38,521 bases of DNA from an uncultured Chloroflexaceae bacterium (GCA_964559995.1 CAZLKK010000001.1:1-38521), one strand, 5' to 3'; positions 9,439 through 17,372 are shown, counted from the first letter of the stretch. Notes: generated by a model from the letters alone, not told the origin. Program-made: numbers and translations.

Positions 9439-9486
9439 AGTCCTCAATGTCTTGATACCATACGGTGAAAGGAACGAACATTCAAT

Positions 9487-10425
9487 ATGCCAAACACACA
9501 TACCCCCCATTCCCCCAACGGCTCCCGCAAACTTGGCATGCTCATGGGAATAGCCGGGGCGTTAGCCGGCGGCATCATCGCCTGGAAGCGCATCCAACGA
9601 CAACCGTTCATCCCCACCCCGCAAATGCGCGTGGTATTGCCAACCCCCGCTCCCCACAACGCCGGTACTGCACTCATTACCGGCGCGTCTAGCGGTATAG
9701 GGGCAGCCTATGCCCAACGTCTAGCAGCAATCGGCTATGATCTCATTATCGTGGCACGGCGCGAGGATCGACTCCAAACATTGGCAACAGATATTGAGCA
9801 AAAGCATGGGGTATCGGTAGAGGTGCTCGTGGCAGACCTTGCTGTCCCCGCGGATGTAGACCGCGTAGCCGAGCGTATAGCCGCATGCGACACGCTCACG
9901 ATGCTGGTCAACAACGCTGGTTTTGGCTTGATTGGCGCGTTTGCCGATTTGCCCATAGAAAAGCACATGGCAATGATCCATGTGCATGTCTTGGCAAGTG
10001 TGCGCTTTTGCCATGCAGTCCTACCGGGCATGCTGGCGCGGGGGCATGGCAGCATCATCAACGTTTCCTCCATTGCAGCTTTCTTGCCACGCCCTAACAA
10101 CGTCATCTATAGCCCAACGAAAATGTACCTCAAGACCTTTACCGAAGGGTTGCGAGAAGAGCTAGATGGCAGCAATATTCAGTTGCAAGTAGTGTTTCCC
10201 GGCTTGACCAAAACCGAGTTTTTTGATCGCCCTGAGATAGGTGGTACACGGGTCAAGGTTCCTGAATTTCTGTGGATGACTGCTGAGGAAGTGGTAGATG
10301 GGTCGCTCAAGGCGTTACAGCGGGGGCAGTTTTCCTGTTTACCGGGGGCAAAAAACCGTTTGCTGCTGTTTTTGCTTCGCAACAGAGGGATGCTCAAGGG
10401 GTTTCGACGGTTGATAGCGAGATAA
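9487..10425 (+). CDS. SDR-family NAD(P)-dependent oxidoreductase with an N-terminal hydrophobic segment
   Basis: 312 aa. Motifs: LITGASSGIGAAYA (TGxxxGxG), LVNNAGFG, NVSSIAA ... YSPTKMY (Ser/YxxxK catalytic motif). The N-terminal LGMLMGIAGALAGGIIAW looks membrane-spanning. Confidence 0.85.
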   Translation: MPNTHTPHSPNGSRKLGMLMGIAGALAGGIIAWKRIQRQPFIPTPQMRVVLPTPAPHNAGTALITGASSGIGAAYAQRLAAIGYDLIIVARREDRLQTLATDIEQKHGVSVEVLVADLAVPADVDRVAERIAACDTLTMLVNNAGFGLIGAFADLPIEKHMAMIHVHVLASVRFCHAVLPGMLARGHGSIINVSSIAAFLPRPNNVIYSPTKMYLKTFTEGLREELDGSNIQLQVVFPGLTKTEFFDRPEIGGTRVKVPEFLWMTAEEVVDGSLKALQRGQFSCLPGAKNRLLLFLLRNRGMLKGFRRLIAR

Positions 10426-10448
10426 CCAAATCACGGGTAGTTTGGTTT

Positions 10449-10476
10449 GTAGAGCTGTTGCATGCAACGGCTCTAC
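10449..10476. terminator. Strong hairpin between convergent genes (SDR stop 10425, STAND stop 10492); a candidate bidirectional terminator
   Basis: GTAGAGCTGTTG-CATG-CAACGGCTCTAC forms a 12-bp stem (one G-U pair) with a 4-nt loop. There is no clear U-run on either side, so terminator function is inferred from position only. Confidence 0.5.
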
Positions 10477-10491
10477 AATCAAGACTCCCCC

Positions 10492-13400
10492 CTACAAATC
10501 TGCCAGCAAGATGGCGGCTTCGGTCTGTCCGCGGTAATAGCCGGTTTGGTTGCTCAACTGTTGGGCATAGGACGCTTCTGTATGGGCAGTCTCACGATCC
10601 CCTATCGCCATGTAGACATACGCCAACGCAATGCGGATAGCTGCCTCGTGGAGCCGATAACCCCCCGCCATCGCTAGGCTTAGGGCTTCTTCTAGTGAGC
10701 TACGGGCTACCTGAAAGGCGGATATATACTCTTTGGGGGGTTCCGGTTGGGGAGGAGCATTACCCCCCCTTGCCATCCCCGATTGTTCATCATAACGTGC
10801 CTGCCTCCGCTCGGCGGAGGCGGACAACCGCTCCTTTATCTGGTTGACAAACGTGCGCTCAGGACGGAAGGGCAACTGCTCTGAGATGCCATCTATGAGC
10901 TTAATCCACCCGCCACCAGTATTGCCCCGCGTGGTAGGGGCTTGGGCATCCAGCGGCACCCGCAACGAACGTCCGCGAGTACGTGCTCTCGTCCCCACCC
11001 GCGCCACAGTAAATCGCCTAGCAGTCTCCGGGTTGCTCTGTACCCAGAACTTACGCGAGGTTGAGGAGTCCCCGTCTTCTGTTGCCGTGTCCTTATCCCC
11101 ATCGAGGTCTTCATCGTCTAGCCCCGGCTCATCCTCAACCACCGGGGTAACTTTTTCGCTGAGGAGTGTGGCGATTGTCCGTTGTTGGGTATCTGATGGG
11201 GTTTCGCTGTCGTCTTCGCCTACGCTTTGATCATCTGCCAACCCGATGCTGCCTACGCCTCGCGCCGCCCATAGCCCCCGTGCCAACAACGTTTCAATGA
11301 GCACGAGCCGCCGTGGGATGCCCCGCGCTACCTTGATAGCTTCCTGGTAATGCTGATAGGCAGTCTCTTGGTTTCCCTGCTGGCTATCCAGATCAGCCAA
11401 GATACGATAGCAACGGCTGATCTCTTCTTTCCAGTTGTAGTGTTGGCAGAGCTTCAGATTGGCTTCTATTACCTGGCGTGCTGTATCCATACTGCCAGTC
11501 TGATAGAGATGCTCTGCATACCACCCCCCCCGCTGGTTATAGAGCGAGTAGACATCCGGGTTAGCCTCTCGTTCTAGCAGTTCTGCCCAAACAAAGGTAG
11601 AACGAGCCATAACAAAGTGTCCGCACAGGTGGGCAACCCATGCCTGAAGTGACGATGCCAGCATCTCAAGGTAGCGGTTTTGTGCCTGCCGTGCCAGCAT
11701 AAGCGATTGGCGAATGTATGCGCTGCTTTCGGCAAGCATCCCCCGCTCCATAGCCACATACGCAAGGTGGTAAGCGGCGGTATGGGCGGTGTGCCAGTTT
11801 TGCGCTTCAGTTGCAAGCGTGAGACATTGGCGATAACAAATCGCAGCTTTGGGATACTCGCCTAGATAGTAAAAACAACGGGCAGTTTGGTCAAGCAGGT
11901 GGTAGCAGTGGGTTGTATCGTCAAGTAGCGGCGGTTGGGTAATGTCGCCATTTGGGAAAAATTCCAAGAACAGTGTGCAAGCCAGTTCATACGCGCCCAT
12001 TTGGTCAGTCAAGATACTGACCTCTTGTTGTTGACAGAGATAGTCTTGGTATATGTGCCACGCCTCCGCATATGCCCCCGCTTGGCAGGCGTGGTAGCAG
12101 GCTTCCCTAGCAGGCACTAGATCATGGAGCGTGGGGAGCGGTTGATCGCGCTCGACCAGCGAGAGGTAGTACTCTTTGATGGTATGGTGCAAAGCGGGGA
12201 GTTGGGGGTGTATATCCACCAACTGCACAAGGCGGTTTCGAGCGTAGGTATGGATGAGCGGGTGCAAGATGAAATACCCCTCCTCCTCATCGTAGGTAAG
12301 AATACGATAGTTGACCAGTTGCTCAAGCATCTGTTGGAAGGTGTCATCTTCCAACGCGAGCAGCGGGTCAAGCAATATATCGAACAGGCTGCACGCGTCT
12401 TCGGTCTCTGCTGCATTTTCCCCAACCTCTGGCTCTATTGGCTCTGTTGGTTGCTCTATCTCACTGTCTGGCTCATTCCCCCCCCCATCCGTCTGCTGTG
12501 CCATACCCAGCCGTGTGTCCCCGTTTGCATCCTCCCCATTATCGGGGATGCTGATAGCGCGGGTGGTGCTGGTACCGCTGGTGATAATGGTGATAGTCCG
12601 TGCCGCGGGGGGGGATGCTACGGGAGAATCTTCCCCCCCATCCCCTGCCTCATCGTCTACACCAGGGGGAGCAGGTTCTTCGGTTCCCCCTTGCTCTGTA
12701 TGGGAGCGGGGGCTAGGGGGAGCGGGGGCATCTTCCCCCCCATCCCCTGCCTCATCGTCTACACCGGTGGCATCATCATTGATACACAGAACCACAGAGT
12801 CCGGGCAGGAGACCCCAGTCAAGAGTTCATGATAGACCTCGTTATTGTCAGACTCTTTCTGTTTCTGTGTTTCTGCATCTCTGTCAGATGTCTCTTGTTC
12901 GGACTCCGTGCCACTCCGTGTTTCCGTGTCTCCGTGGTGAACTTTGTCCGGTAGACATCCCTTTGAAGAAACATCTTCCCCCCCATCCCCTGTCCCATCG
13001 TCTATTGTGGGGGGAGCAGGTTCGTCATCCCCTGCCCCACGTCCCACGAGGGGAGAAGGGGAGTCGTTAGGGGGAGCGGGGGGGGCAGGATTATCTCGCA
13101 CCGAGATCGCTATACCCGTTGATTTACGGAGGGGAATAGACGATGATCTTGGCTCACGCTTGGCAGTATCTGCAATGTCATTATCAGCAGCAGTATCGGG
13201 GTCATCAGGGATGGTGATTTCTATGCCCATTGGGATGCGGAAGGGGATGTCGTCATCACCATCATCATTGCCCCTACCCCTACTACCACCACGGCTCCCC
13301 CGAACAACAACGCGATTACTTGGAGTACCTTGCCAATCGCTTGCTTCATCTCTGTTATCAGTATCCCCTGCATCCTCGATGCCCTCTGCGTCCTCGATGC

Positions 13401-15102
13401 CCTCTGTGTCCTCGATGCCCTCTGCGTCCTCGATGCCCTCTGCGTCCTCGAAGCCCTCTGCGTCCTCGCTGCTTTCCCCAAAGGTAGGCTCACCTTGCAC
13501 TATCTCCATCCCCATTGCTGGCGATTGTGGGGGGGCAGGATAATTCCCCTCGGCAAGCAGCTGGAGCATACGGTAGCGTGCCAAAAAAGCGTCACCATTG
13601 CCCTGATAGGTCTGCATCAGGTAGCTACTCATCATACAGAGCGTCAGCGGGTGAGCATCACACGCTGCGACAATTTCGTCTAGCGTTTCCGTGCTGCCCT
13701 TTAGCCCTAGCCGTTGGGCAAGCGCATACCCTTCATCAGGCAACAGCGGCGGCAACTGATGCTGCGTGTAGGAGGGATAGTCAAGCAGATCAAAGATAGG
13801 GGTACGACTGATCAGCACACAGAGCGAGCCATGTTTTATACCAGCAAGGTAGGCGAGAAACTCGCGCAAGTTGGGGCTAGTCAGCATCCCATATTGCTCA
13901 CTATCCTGATGCAACAGCGTTTCTATGCCGTCTAGGATGAAGAGCGATGGACGGCTCGTGACCATTGCGCCGAGGGTCTGCACCCGCATACTCGTTGACG
14001 GCAGCAAGTGGGGGTCTATGCGTGTGCCGCTCAGGTGGGTGAGGGCAGCCAACAAAAACTCATCCACACTCCCCCGCTCCTGAAAATTCCACCAAAACGC
14101 GCTTTCTGGTTGGCGTATCGTCTTATCTGACCACACCTTGCGGAGCCAACGGCGCACCAGACTACTTTTGCCCTGTCCTGCTGCGCCTACGACTCCTACC
14201 ACCTGACAATGGGGATTGCTCAACGCTTCGCTCAAGTGTTGAACCATTGGTTCTTGCCCCACCCAGCGGGTTACAAGCGGCGGTGCATCATACAGCATCT
14301 TACCCGCCCGCGGTATCGCCATCGGATGGGTTGTTGCCCCATCACTGCGTGGGTGATAGCCGGTGCGCTTTCGCATTGGCATATCGTACACCGACACCCC
14401 AAAGGGAGCTTTGCTCAAGATACGGCTACTCACTGCCCAAGCCTTTGGAGTATCCGTTTTGGCTACAACCGGTTGGGATGTGTTTCCAAAGGGGGAGAAG
14501 CTCATCGGAGCGGTAGTTGTGGGGGGGGGAGCAGGAGCAACGATACCAACAACCAAATTGCGCTCAATATCCAAAATAGCCGACCCTGCCAAGTGGTCTA
14601 TTGGCTGCGAGGGACTCAACTTGATACTACCGGGGGGGGCAGCAGGTCCTGCCATACCCGGTAGGGATTGGATCGTCCCTTCAACAAGGACCGGCTTGGG
14701 TTGATCTGCCGAGAAGCCATAGCAACGGAAGGGATGATTGAGCGAACGCTCTGGTGTGCCAAGCACCGCGATCTGCTCTGGGGCAAGCGGTACTTGCCCA
14801 TCCGTCAAGCGCAACAGCACAACAGGCTCCCCATTCGGAGCCATGCTATGGAGTGCGGCACGGGAGGAGTTGGGCAAATCGCTGCCTATTTGGGGAAAGA
14901 CCACAACCACCTCTTGTTCTGGCAGGGAGGTTGTGGGATTCGCTGGCAGGGTAATACCAGCGGCTGCGACAACAGACGGGGCAGTTGCTATGAGACCATC
15001 TCGTGAGACAACAATACCTGCGCCGACAAGTTCACCGGTATGCGGATGGCGGAGTTGGACAGTGAAGTCGCGCAGGTTTTGTAAGCGAATATTGGGATTC
15101 AC
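10492..15102 (-). CDS. STAND NTPase: degenerate trypsin-like domain, NB-ARC-type P-loop ATPase, ~360-aa acidic low-complexity insert, winged helix, and a TPR array carrying a second insert
   Basis: 1536 aa; GTG start 25 nt after the ArsA-like stop.
- N-terminus: GAGIVVSRDGLIATAPSVV ... EPVVLLRL ... CYGF ... AGSAILDIERNLVVGIV follows the Trypsin_2 pattern, but without the usual His and Asp.
- NTPase: Walker A VVGAAGQGKSSL, Walker B SLFILDGIETLL, then LISRTP and LPPLLPDEGYALAQ.
- Winged helix: LVNYRILTYDEEEGYFILHPLIHTYARNRL.
- C-terminal half: TPR-like helical repeats such as CFYYLGEYPKAAICYRQCL and AYHLAYVAMERGMLAESSAYIRQSL. Confidence 0.75.
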   Translation of the reverse strand: MNPNIRLQNLRDFTVQLRHPHTGELVGAGIVVSRDGLIATAPSVVAAAGITLPANPTTSLPEQEVVVVFPQIGSDLPNSSRAALHSMAPNGEPVVLLRLTDGQVPLAPEQIAVLGTPERSLNHPFRCYGFSADQPKPVLVEGTIQSLPGMAGPAAPPGSIKLSPSQPIDHLAGSAILDIERNLVVGIVAPAPPPTTTAPMSFSPFGNTSQPVVAKTDTPKAWAVSSRILSKAPFGVSVYDMPMRKRTGYHPRSDGATTHPMAIPRAGKMLYDAPPLVTRWVGQEPMVQHLSEALSNPHCQVVGVVGAAGQGKSSLVRRWLRKVWSDKTIRQPESAFWWNFQERGSVDEFLLAALTHLSGTRIDPHLLPSTSMRVQTLGAMVTSRPSLFILDGIETLLHQDSEQYGMLTSPNLREFLAYLAGIKHGSLCVLISRTPIFDLLDYPSYTQHQLPPLLPDEGYALAQRLGLKGSTETLDEIVAACDAHPLTLCMMSSYLMQTYQGNGDAFLARYRMLQLLAEGNYPAPPQSPAMGMEIVQGEPTFGESSEDAEGFEDAEGIEDAEGIEDTEGIEDAEGIEDAGDTDNRDEASDWQGTPSNRVVVRGSRGGSRGRGNDDGDDDIPFRIPMGIEITIPDDPDTAADNDIADTAKREPRSSSIPLRKSTGIAISVRDNPAPPAPPNDSPSPLVGRGAGDDEPAPPTIDDGTGDGGEDVSSKGCLPDKVHHGDTETRSGTESEQETSDRDAETQKQKESDNNEVYHELLTGVSCPDSVVLCINDDATGVDDEAGDGGEDAPAPPSPRSHTEQGGTEEPAPPGVDDEAGDGGEDSPVASPPAARTITIITSGTSTTRAISIPDNGEDANGDTRLGMAQQTDGGGNEPDSEIEQPTEPIEPEVGENAAETEDACSLFDILLDPLLALEDDTFQQMLEQLVNYRILTYDEEEGYFILHPLIHTYARNRLVQLVDIHPQLPALHHTIKEYYLSLVERDQPLPTLHDLVPAREACYHACQAGAYAEAWHIYQDYLCQQQEVSILTDQMGAYELACTLFLEFFPNGDITQPPLLDDTTHCYHLLDQTARCFYYLGEYPKAAICYRQCLTLATEAQNWHTAHTAAYHLAYVAMERGMLAESSAYIRQSLMLARQAQNRYLEMLASSLQAWVAHLCGHFVMARSTFVWAELLEREANPDVYSLYNQRGGWYAEHLYQTGSMDTARQVIEANLKLCQHYNWKEEISRCYRILADLDSQQGNQETAYQHYQEAIKVARGIPRRLVLIETLLARGLWAARGVGSIGLADDQSVGEDDSETPSDTQQRTIATLLSEKVTPVVEDEPGLDDEDLDGDKDTATEDGDSSTSRKFWVQSNPETARRFTVARVGTRARTRGRSLRVPLDAQAPTTRGNTGGGWIKLIDGISEQLPFRPERTFVNQIKERLSASAERRQARYDEQSGMARGGNAPPQPEPPKEYISAFQVARSSLEEALSLAMAGGYRLHEAAIRIALAYVYMAIGDRETAHTEASYAQQLSNQTGYYRGQTEAAILLADL
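12628..13004 (-). repeat. In-frame direct repeats inside the STAND low-complexity insert
   Basis: Perfect 36-nt repeat ATCTTCCCCCCCATCCCCTGCCTCATCGTCTACACC at 12628..12663 and 12730..12765, with a diverged third copy at 12973..13004. On the minus strand these encode ..GVDDEAGDGGED.. and ..TIDDGTGDGGED... Confidence 0.85.
13374..13468 (-). repeat. 18-nt tandem repeat, about 5.5 units, in frame (hexapeptide ED(A/T)EG(I/F))
   Basis: The plus-strand unit CCTCGATGCCCTCTGCGT repeats from 13374 with single-base variants. It translates on the minus strand to EDAEGFEDAEGIEDAEGIEDTEGIEDAEGIED. Confidence 0.9.
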
Positions 15103-15127
15103 GATCTCGTTCAGACATCAACAGCAA

Positions 15128-16291
15128 TCAGCGCGTAAAGACCACATGCAGTTCTTCGTTTTCAAAGAACGCATCACGGGCATGGAGCCGTGCCAGCGAT
15201 TGTGGCAGCGCGACCCGGTGCCGATGCCAGCCAACAGAGATTAACAATTCATCAGCATTTTGGGCAAGGTGTATCTGGTCTTCAGAGACAAAGGGCAATG
15301 GCACGATAAGATCGTACCCTTGCGCGGTGCGCTCCACCCGTTGGGTTGGACCGGTGTAGAGAAACGAAGCCGGGTCTACATCTTCACCATAGAGGAGATT
15401 ACCCATCTCTTCAAGCATTTCTAACCCGACAATTTCGCGGGAAAAGTGACCCGATTTGAGTAAGGGCAAGGGGGAAAACATCTGCTCCACCTGGGGATAG
15501 TACCCCTGCTGCATCTCCTGCCAACTGGAGAAATGTCCATCTACATTGTCTGGCAGGATGCGATTGACGACCACGGCATCTACCGCATAGCCAAACAGCG
15601 ACAGATAGGTGAGGCTACGTTGGGCTTCCCGTATGACCATTTTTTCTAAGTTCATCACAATGCGGGCAGTGGTGGTTTGCTGGTCGGTGAGGATACTCCG
15701 TACCGCTACCAGCGAATCAATGGCATCTTGGGCAGAGACGAGTACATCATCCCCCGCGATGGGAATATCACTCACGCGCTTTGCCATAGGACGCACCACC
15801 TTGAGCACCCCCCGCACGATGGGGAAGAGACGCGAAATCCACCAACGCATAATTTCTGGCAACGCCAACAACCGCAGCGTTTCGCCGGTGGGGGCAGCAT
15901 CCACAACCAAGACATCAAATATGCCTTCGTCATAGTGGCGTTTTATCTGTAGCAGGCTAAACAGTTCTTCTGTGCCAGGGATAACCGAAAGTTCCCCCTG
16001 GGCAATAGACTCGACCCCTTGCCATGCCAAAAGGTCAGAAAGGTAGCGTTGTACATCGCCCCAGTTCATTTCTAGTTCGTGAAGGGCGTTTATTTCCTGC
16101 GCCCAGAGGTTGTCTGCAACCTGCATGGGTTCAGCCAACAGTTCAATACCAAAAGAATCTCCAAGCGAGTGGGCGGAGTCCGTGCTAAGGACAACCGTTT
16201 TGTGACCAAGTTTTGCACAGCGTAGCGCAGTCGAAGCGGCAACACTGGTCTTTCCTACCCCACCTTTGCCGGTGTAGAATAATATTCGCAT
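15128..16291 (-). CDS. ArsA/GET3/TRC40-family P-loop ATPase with an HSP20-like C-terminal domain
   Basis: 387 aa, ATG start. Motifs: MRILFYTGKGGVGKTSVAAS (deviant Walker A), STDSAHSLGDSF, VVDAAPTGETLRLL (DTAPTGHT-type switch motif with Glu in place of His). The C-terminal ~100 aa (YDLIVPLPFVSEDQIHLAQNADELLISVGWHRHRVALP) resembles the HSP20-like tail of bacterial and plastid Get3/ArsA homologs. Confidence 0.8.
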   Translation of the reverse strand: MRILFYTGKGGVGKTSVAASTALRCAKLGHKTVVLSTDSAHSLGDSFGIELLAEPMQVADNLWAQEINALHELEMNWGDVQRYLSDLLAWQGVESIAQGELSVIPGTEELFSLLQIKRHYDEGIFDVLVVDAAPTGETLRLLALPEIMRWWISRLFPIVRGVLKVVRPMAKRVSDIPIAGDDVLVSAQDAIDSLVAVRSILTDQQTTTARIVMNLEKMVIREAQRSLTYLSLFGYAVDAVVVNRILPDNVDGHFSSWQEMQQGYYPQVEQMFSPLPLLKSGHFSREIVGLEMLEEMGNLLYGEDVDPASFLYTGPTQRVERTAQGYDLIVPLPFVSEDQIHLAQNADELLISVGWHRHRVALPQSLARLHARDAFFENEELHVVFTR

Positions 16292-16396
16292 AGTTTAAAG
16301 TATCAGGCGTTTCAGACAAAACCCCGCAGGTACCGGGGGAACCTCCGGGTACAGTATGTTACCATATTTCCACTATTCAGCTAATCACAATGCCCC

Positions 16397-16405
16397 ATTA
16401 TACCA
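16397..16405 (-). promoter_or_regulatory. Putative extended -10 promoter box TGGTATAAT for the ArsA-like/STAND pair
   Basis: The plus strand reads ATTATACCA, so the minus strand reads TGGTATAAT. It lies 106 nt upstream of ATG 16291, in the 136-nt gap after the lipase-like gene. Confidence 0.45.
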
Positions 16406-16427
16406 TACCTTGTCGGGGGCAAAAACA

Positions 16428-17264
16428 CTACTCCCCCTCCAGCAACGGCGGCGGGGCAGGCAACACTGGCACATCTGCCGTTCCCGTTATCTGTGCTGGT
16501 GCAGGCGGTGTGGGGAGCTCTGGCGGCTCTGGCGGCTCTGGTGGCTCTGGTGGCTCTACCGTGTGCCACCACAAACGGACGATCTCCTCGTTATGCCCAT
16601 ACCATACCCGCGTATCAGGCAGCGGGTCGTGGCGTAGCCCCTCTAGTATCACATGCTCTGCCCCATCCAGCAGACCGCACGACAACGGCACAACCCCATC
16701 CCCCCACTGCTCCCCACTAGCACTCAACATCGCGTAGCTCTCCCACGCGCTCCGCTCTGCCCGTTCGCCATCTGGTATCCCCTGTATCCCTTGAGAAATA
16801 ACCGTCACATAGCGAATAAACCGCCAGTAGGCACCGGGGTAGTGCGTTTGGGCAAAGACAATCTGGTTGAGACCACCAAAACGTCCCTGTTTGGTTGTCG
16901 TATGGGGGGTACCAAGCGTAATGAGCGTTGTCACACGCTGGAAACCGTGAAAGACCAACTGCTCGTTGCCATAGGGTTGGTCGCCCATGTAGATACGCGC
17001 CAAAATCCCCCCGGCACTATGCGCTACCACCATAAGCTGTTGGGCGCGGGTGCGGCGGAGCGTGTCATTGACAGCAATATGCAGTTTCTTGAGCAAGGGG
17101 GTATAGTCATCACTCACGATAACCCCCAACCAGTCGAGGGTCACGAGGCGGGTAACGTATACGCGGCGTTGGGTGATGGACTCAAGGATATGGCGGAGCG
17201 GTTCGTAGGCTTGCCAACTTGCCCCAAACCCACCAATGATGAGAATTGGGAGATTCTCTGGCAT
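16428..17264 (-). CDS. Lipase/PGAP1-like alpha/beta hydrolase with a Pro-Glu repeat C-terminal tail
   Basis: 278 aa, ATG start. Motifs: ILIIGGFGASW, nucleophile elbow VVAHSAGGILA (A-x-S-x-G as in Bacillus-type lipases), LITLGTPH. The C-terminal tail reads VEPPEPPEPPEPPELPTPPAPAQ. Confidence 0.7.
   Translation of the reverse strand: MPENLPILIIGGFGASWQAYEPLRHILESITQRRVYVTRLVTLDWLGVIVSDDYTPLLKKLHIAVNDTLRRTRAQQLMVVAHSAGGILARIYMGDQPYGNEQLVFHGFQRVTTLITLGTPHTTTKQGRFGGLNQIVFAQTHYPGAYWRFIRYVTVISQGIQGIPDGERAERSAWESYAMLSASGEQWGDGVVPLSCGLLDGAEHVILEGLRHDPLPDTRVWYGHNEEIVRLWWHTVEPPEPPEPPEPPELPTPPAPAQITGTADVPVLPAPPPLLEGE
16518..16553 (-). repeat. 9-nt tandem repeat x4 encoding PEP repeats
   Basis: The plus strand reads CTCTGGCGG CTCTGGCGG CTCTGGTGG CTCTGGTGG. 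It is in frame in the hydrolase C-terminus. Confidence 0.85.
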
Positions 17265-17288
17265 AGGGCTTTTCCCGTATGTATCAAA

Positions 17289-17341
17289 GGGGTACCGGGG
17301 GGCAGAACGATGTCATCACGTCTGTGTCCCCCCCTGTACCC
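17289..17341 (-). terminator. Inverted repeat between the STAS-like stop and the lipase-like start; a possible terminator or RNA stem
   Basis: GGGTACCGGGGGG (17290..17302) pairs with CCCCCCTGTACCC (17329..17341) as 6+6 bp with one mismatch and a 26-nt loop. No clean U-run follows. Confidence 0.25.
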
Positions 17342-17372
17342 AAATAAGATTGCTTGCCAGAGGACTTCCTAA

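Noticed and set aside
12124-13543. Long plus-strand ORFs (276, 173 and 199 aa) antisense to the STAND gene
   Set aside because: They lie entirely within the repetitive G/C-rich low-complexity insert, encode Pro/Ser/Gly-rich nonsense-like sequence, and lack RBS context. The minus strand carries recognisable NB-ARC and winged-helix motifs on both sides in one continuous frame.
16653-17372. 239-aa plus-strand ORF antisense to the lipase-like gene; likewise 29278..30003 (minus, inside pckG), 31835..32543 (minus, inside the kinase) and 32634..33215 (minus)
   Set aside because: In each case the opposite strand carries a full-length, motif-rich protein. The antisense ORFs show no motifs or start signals.
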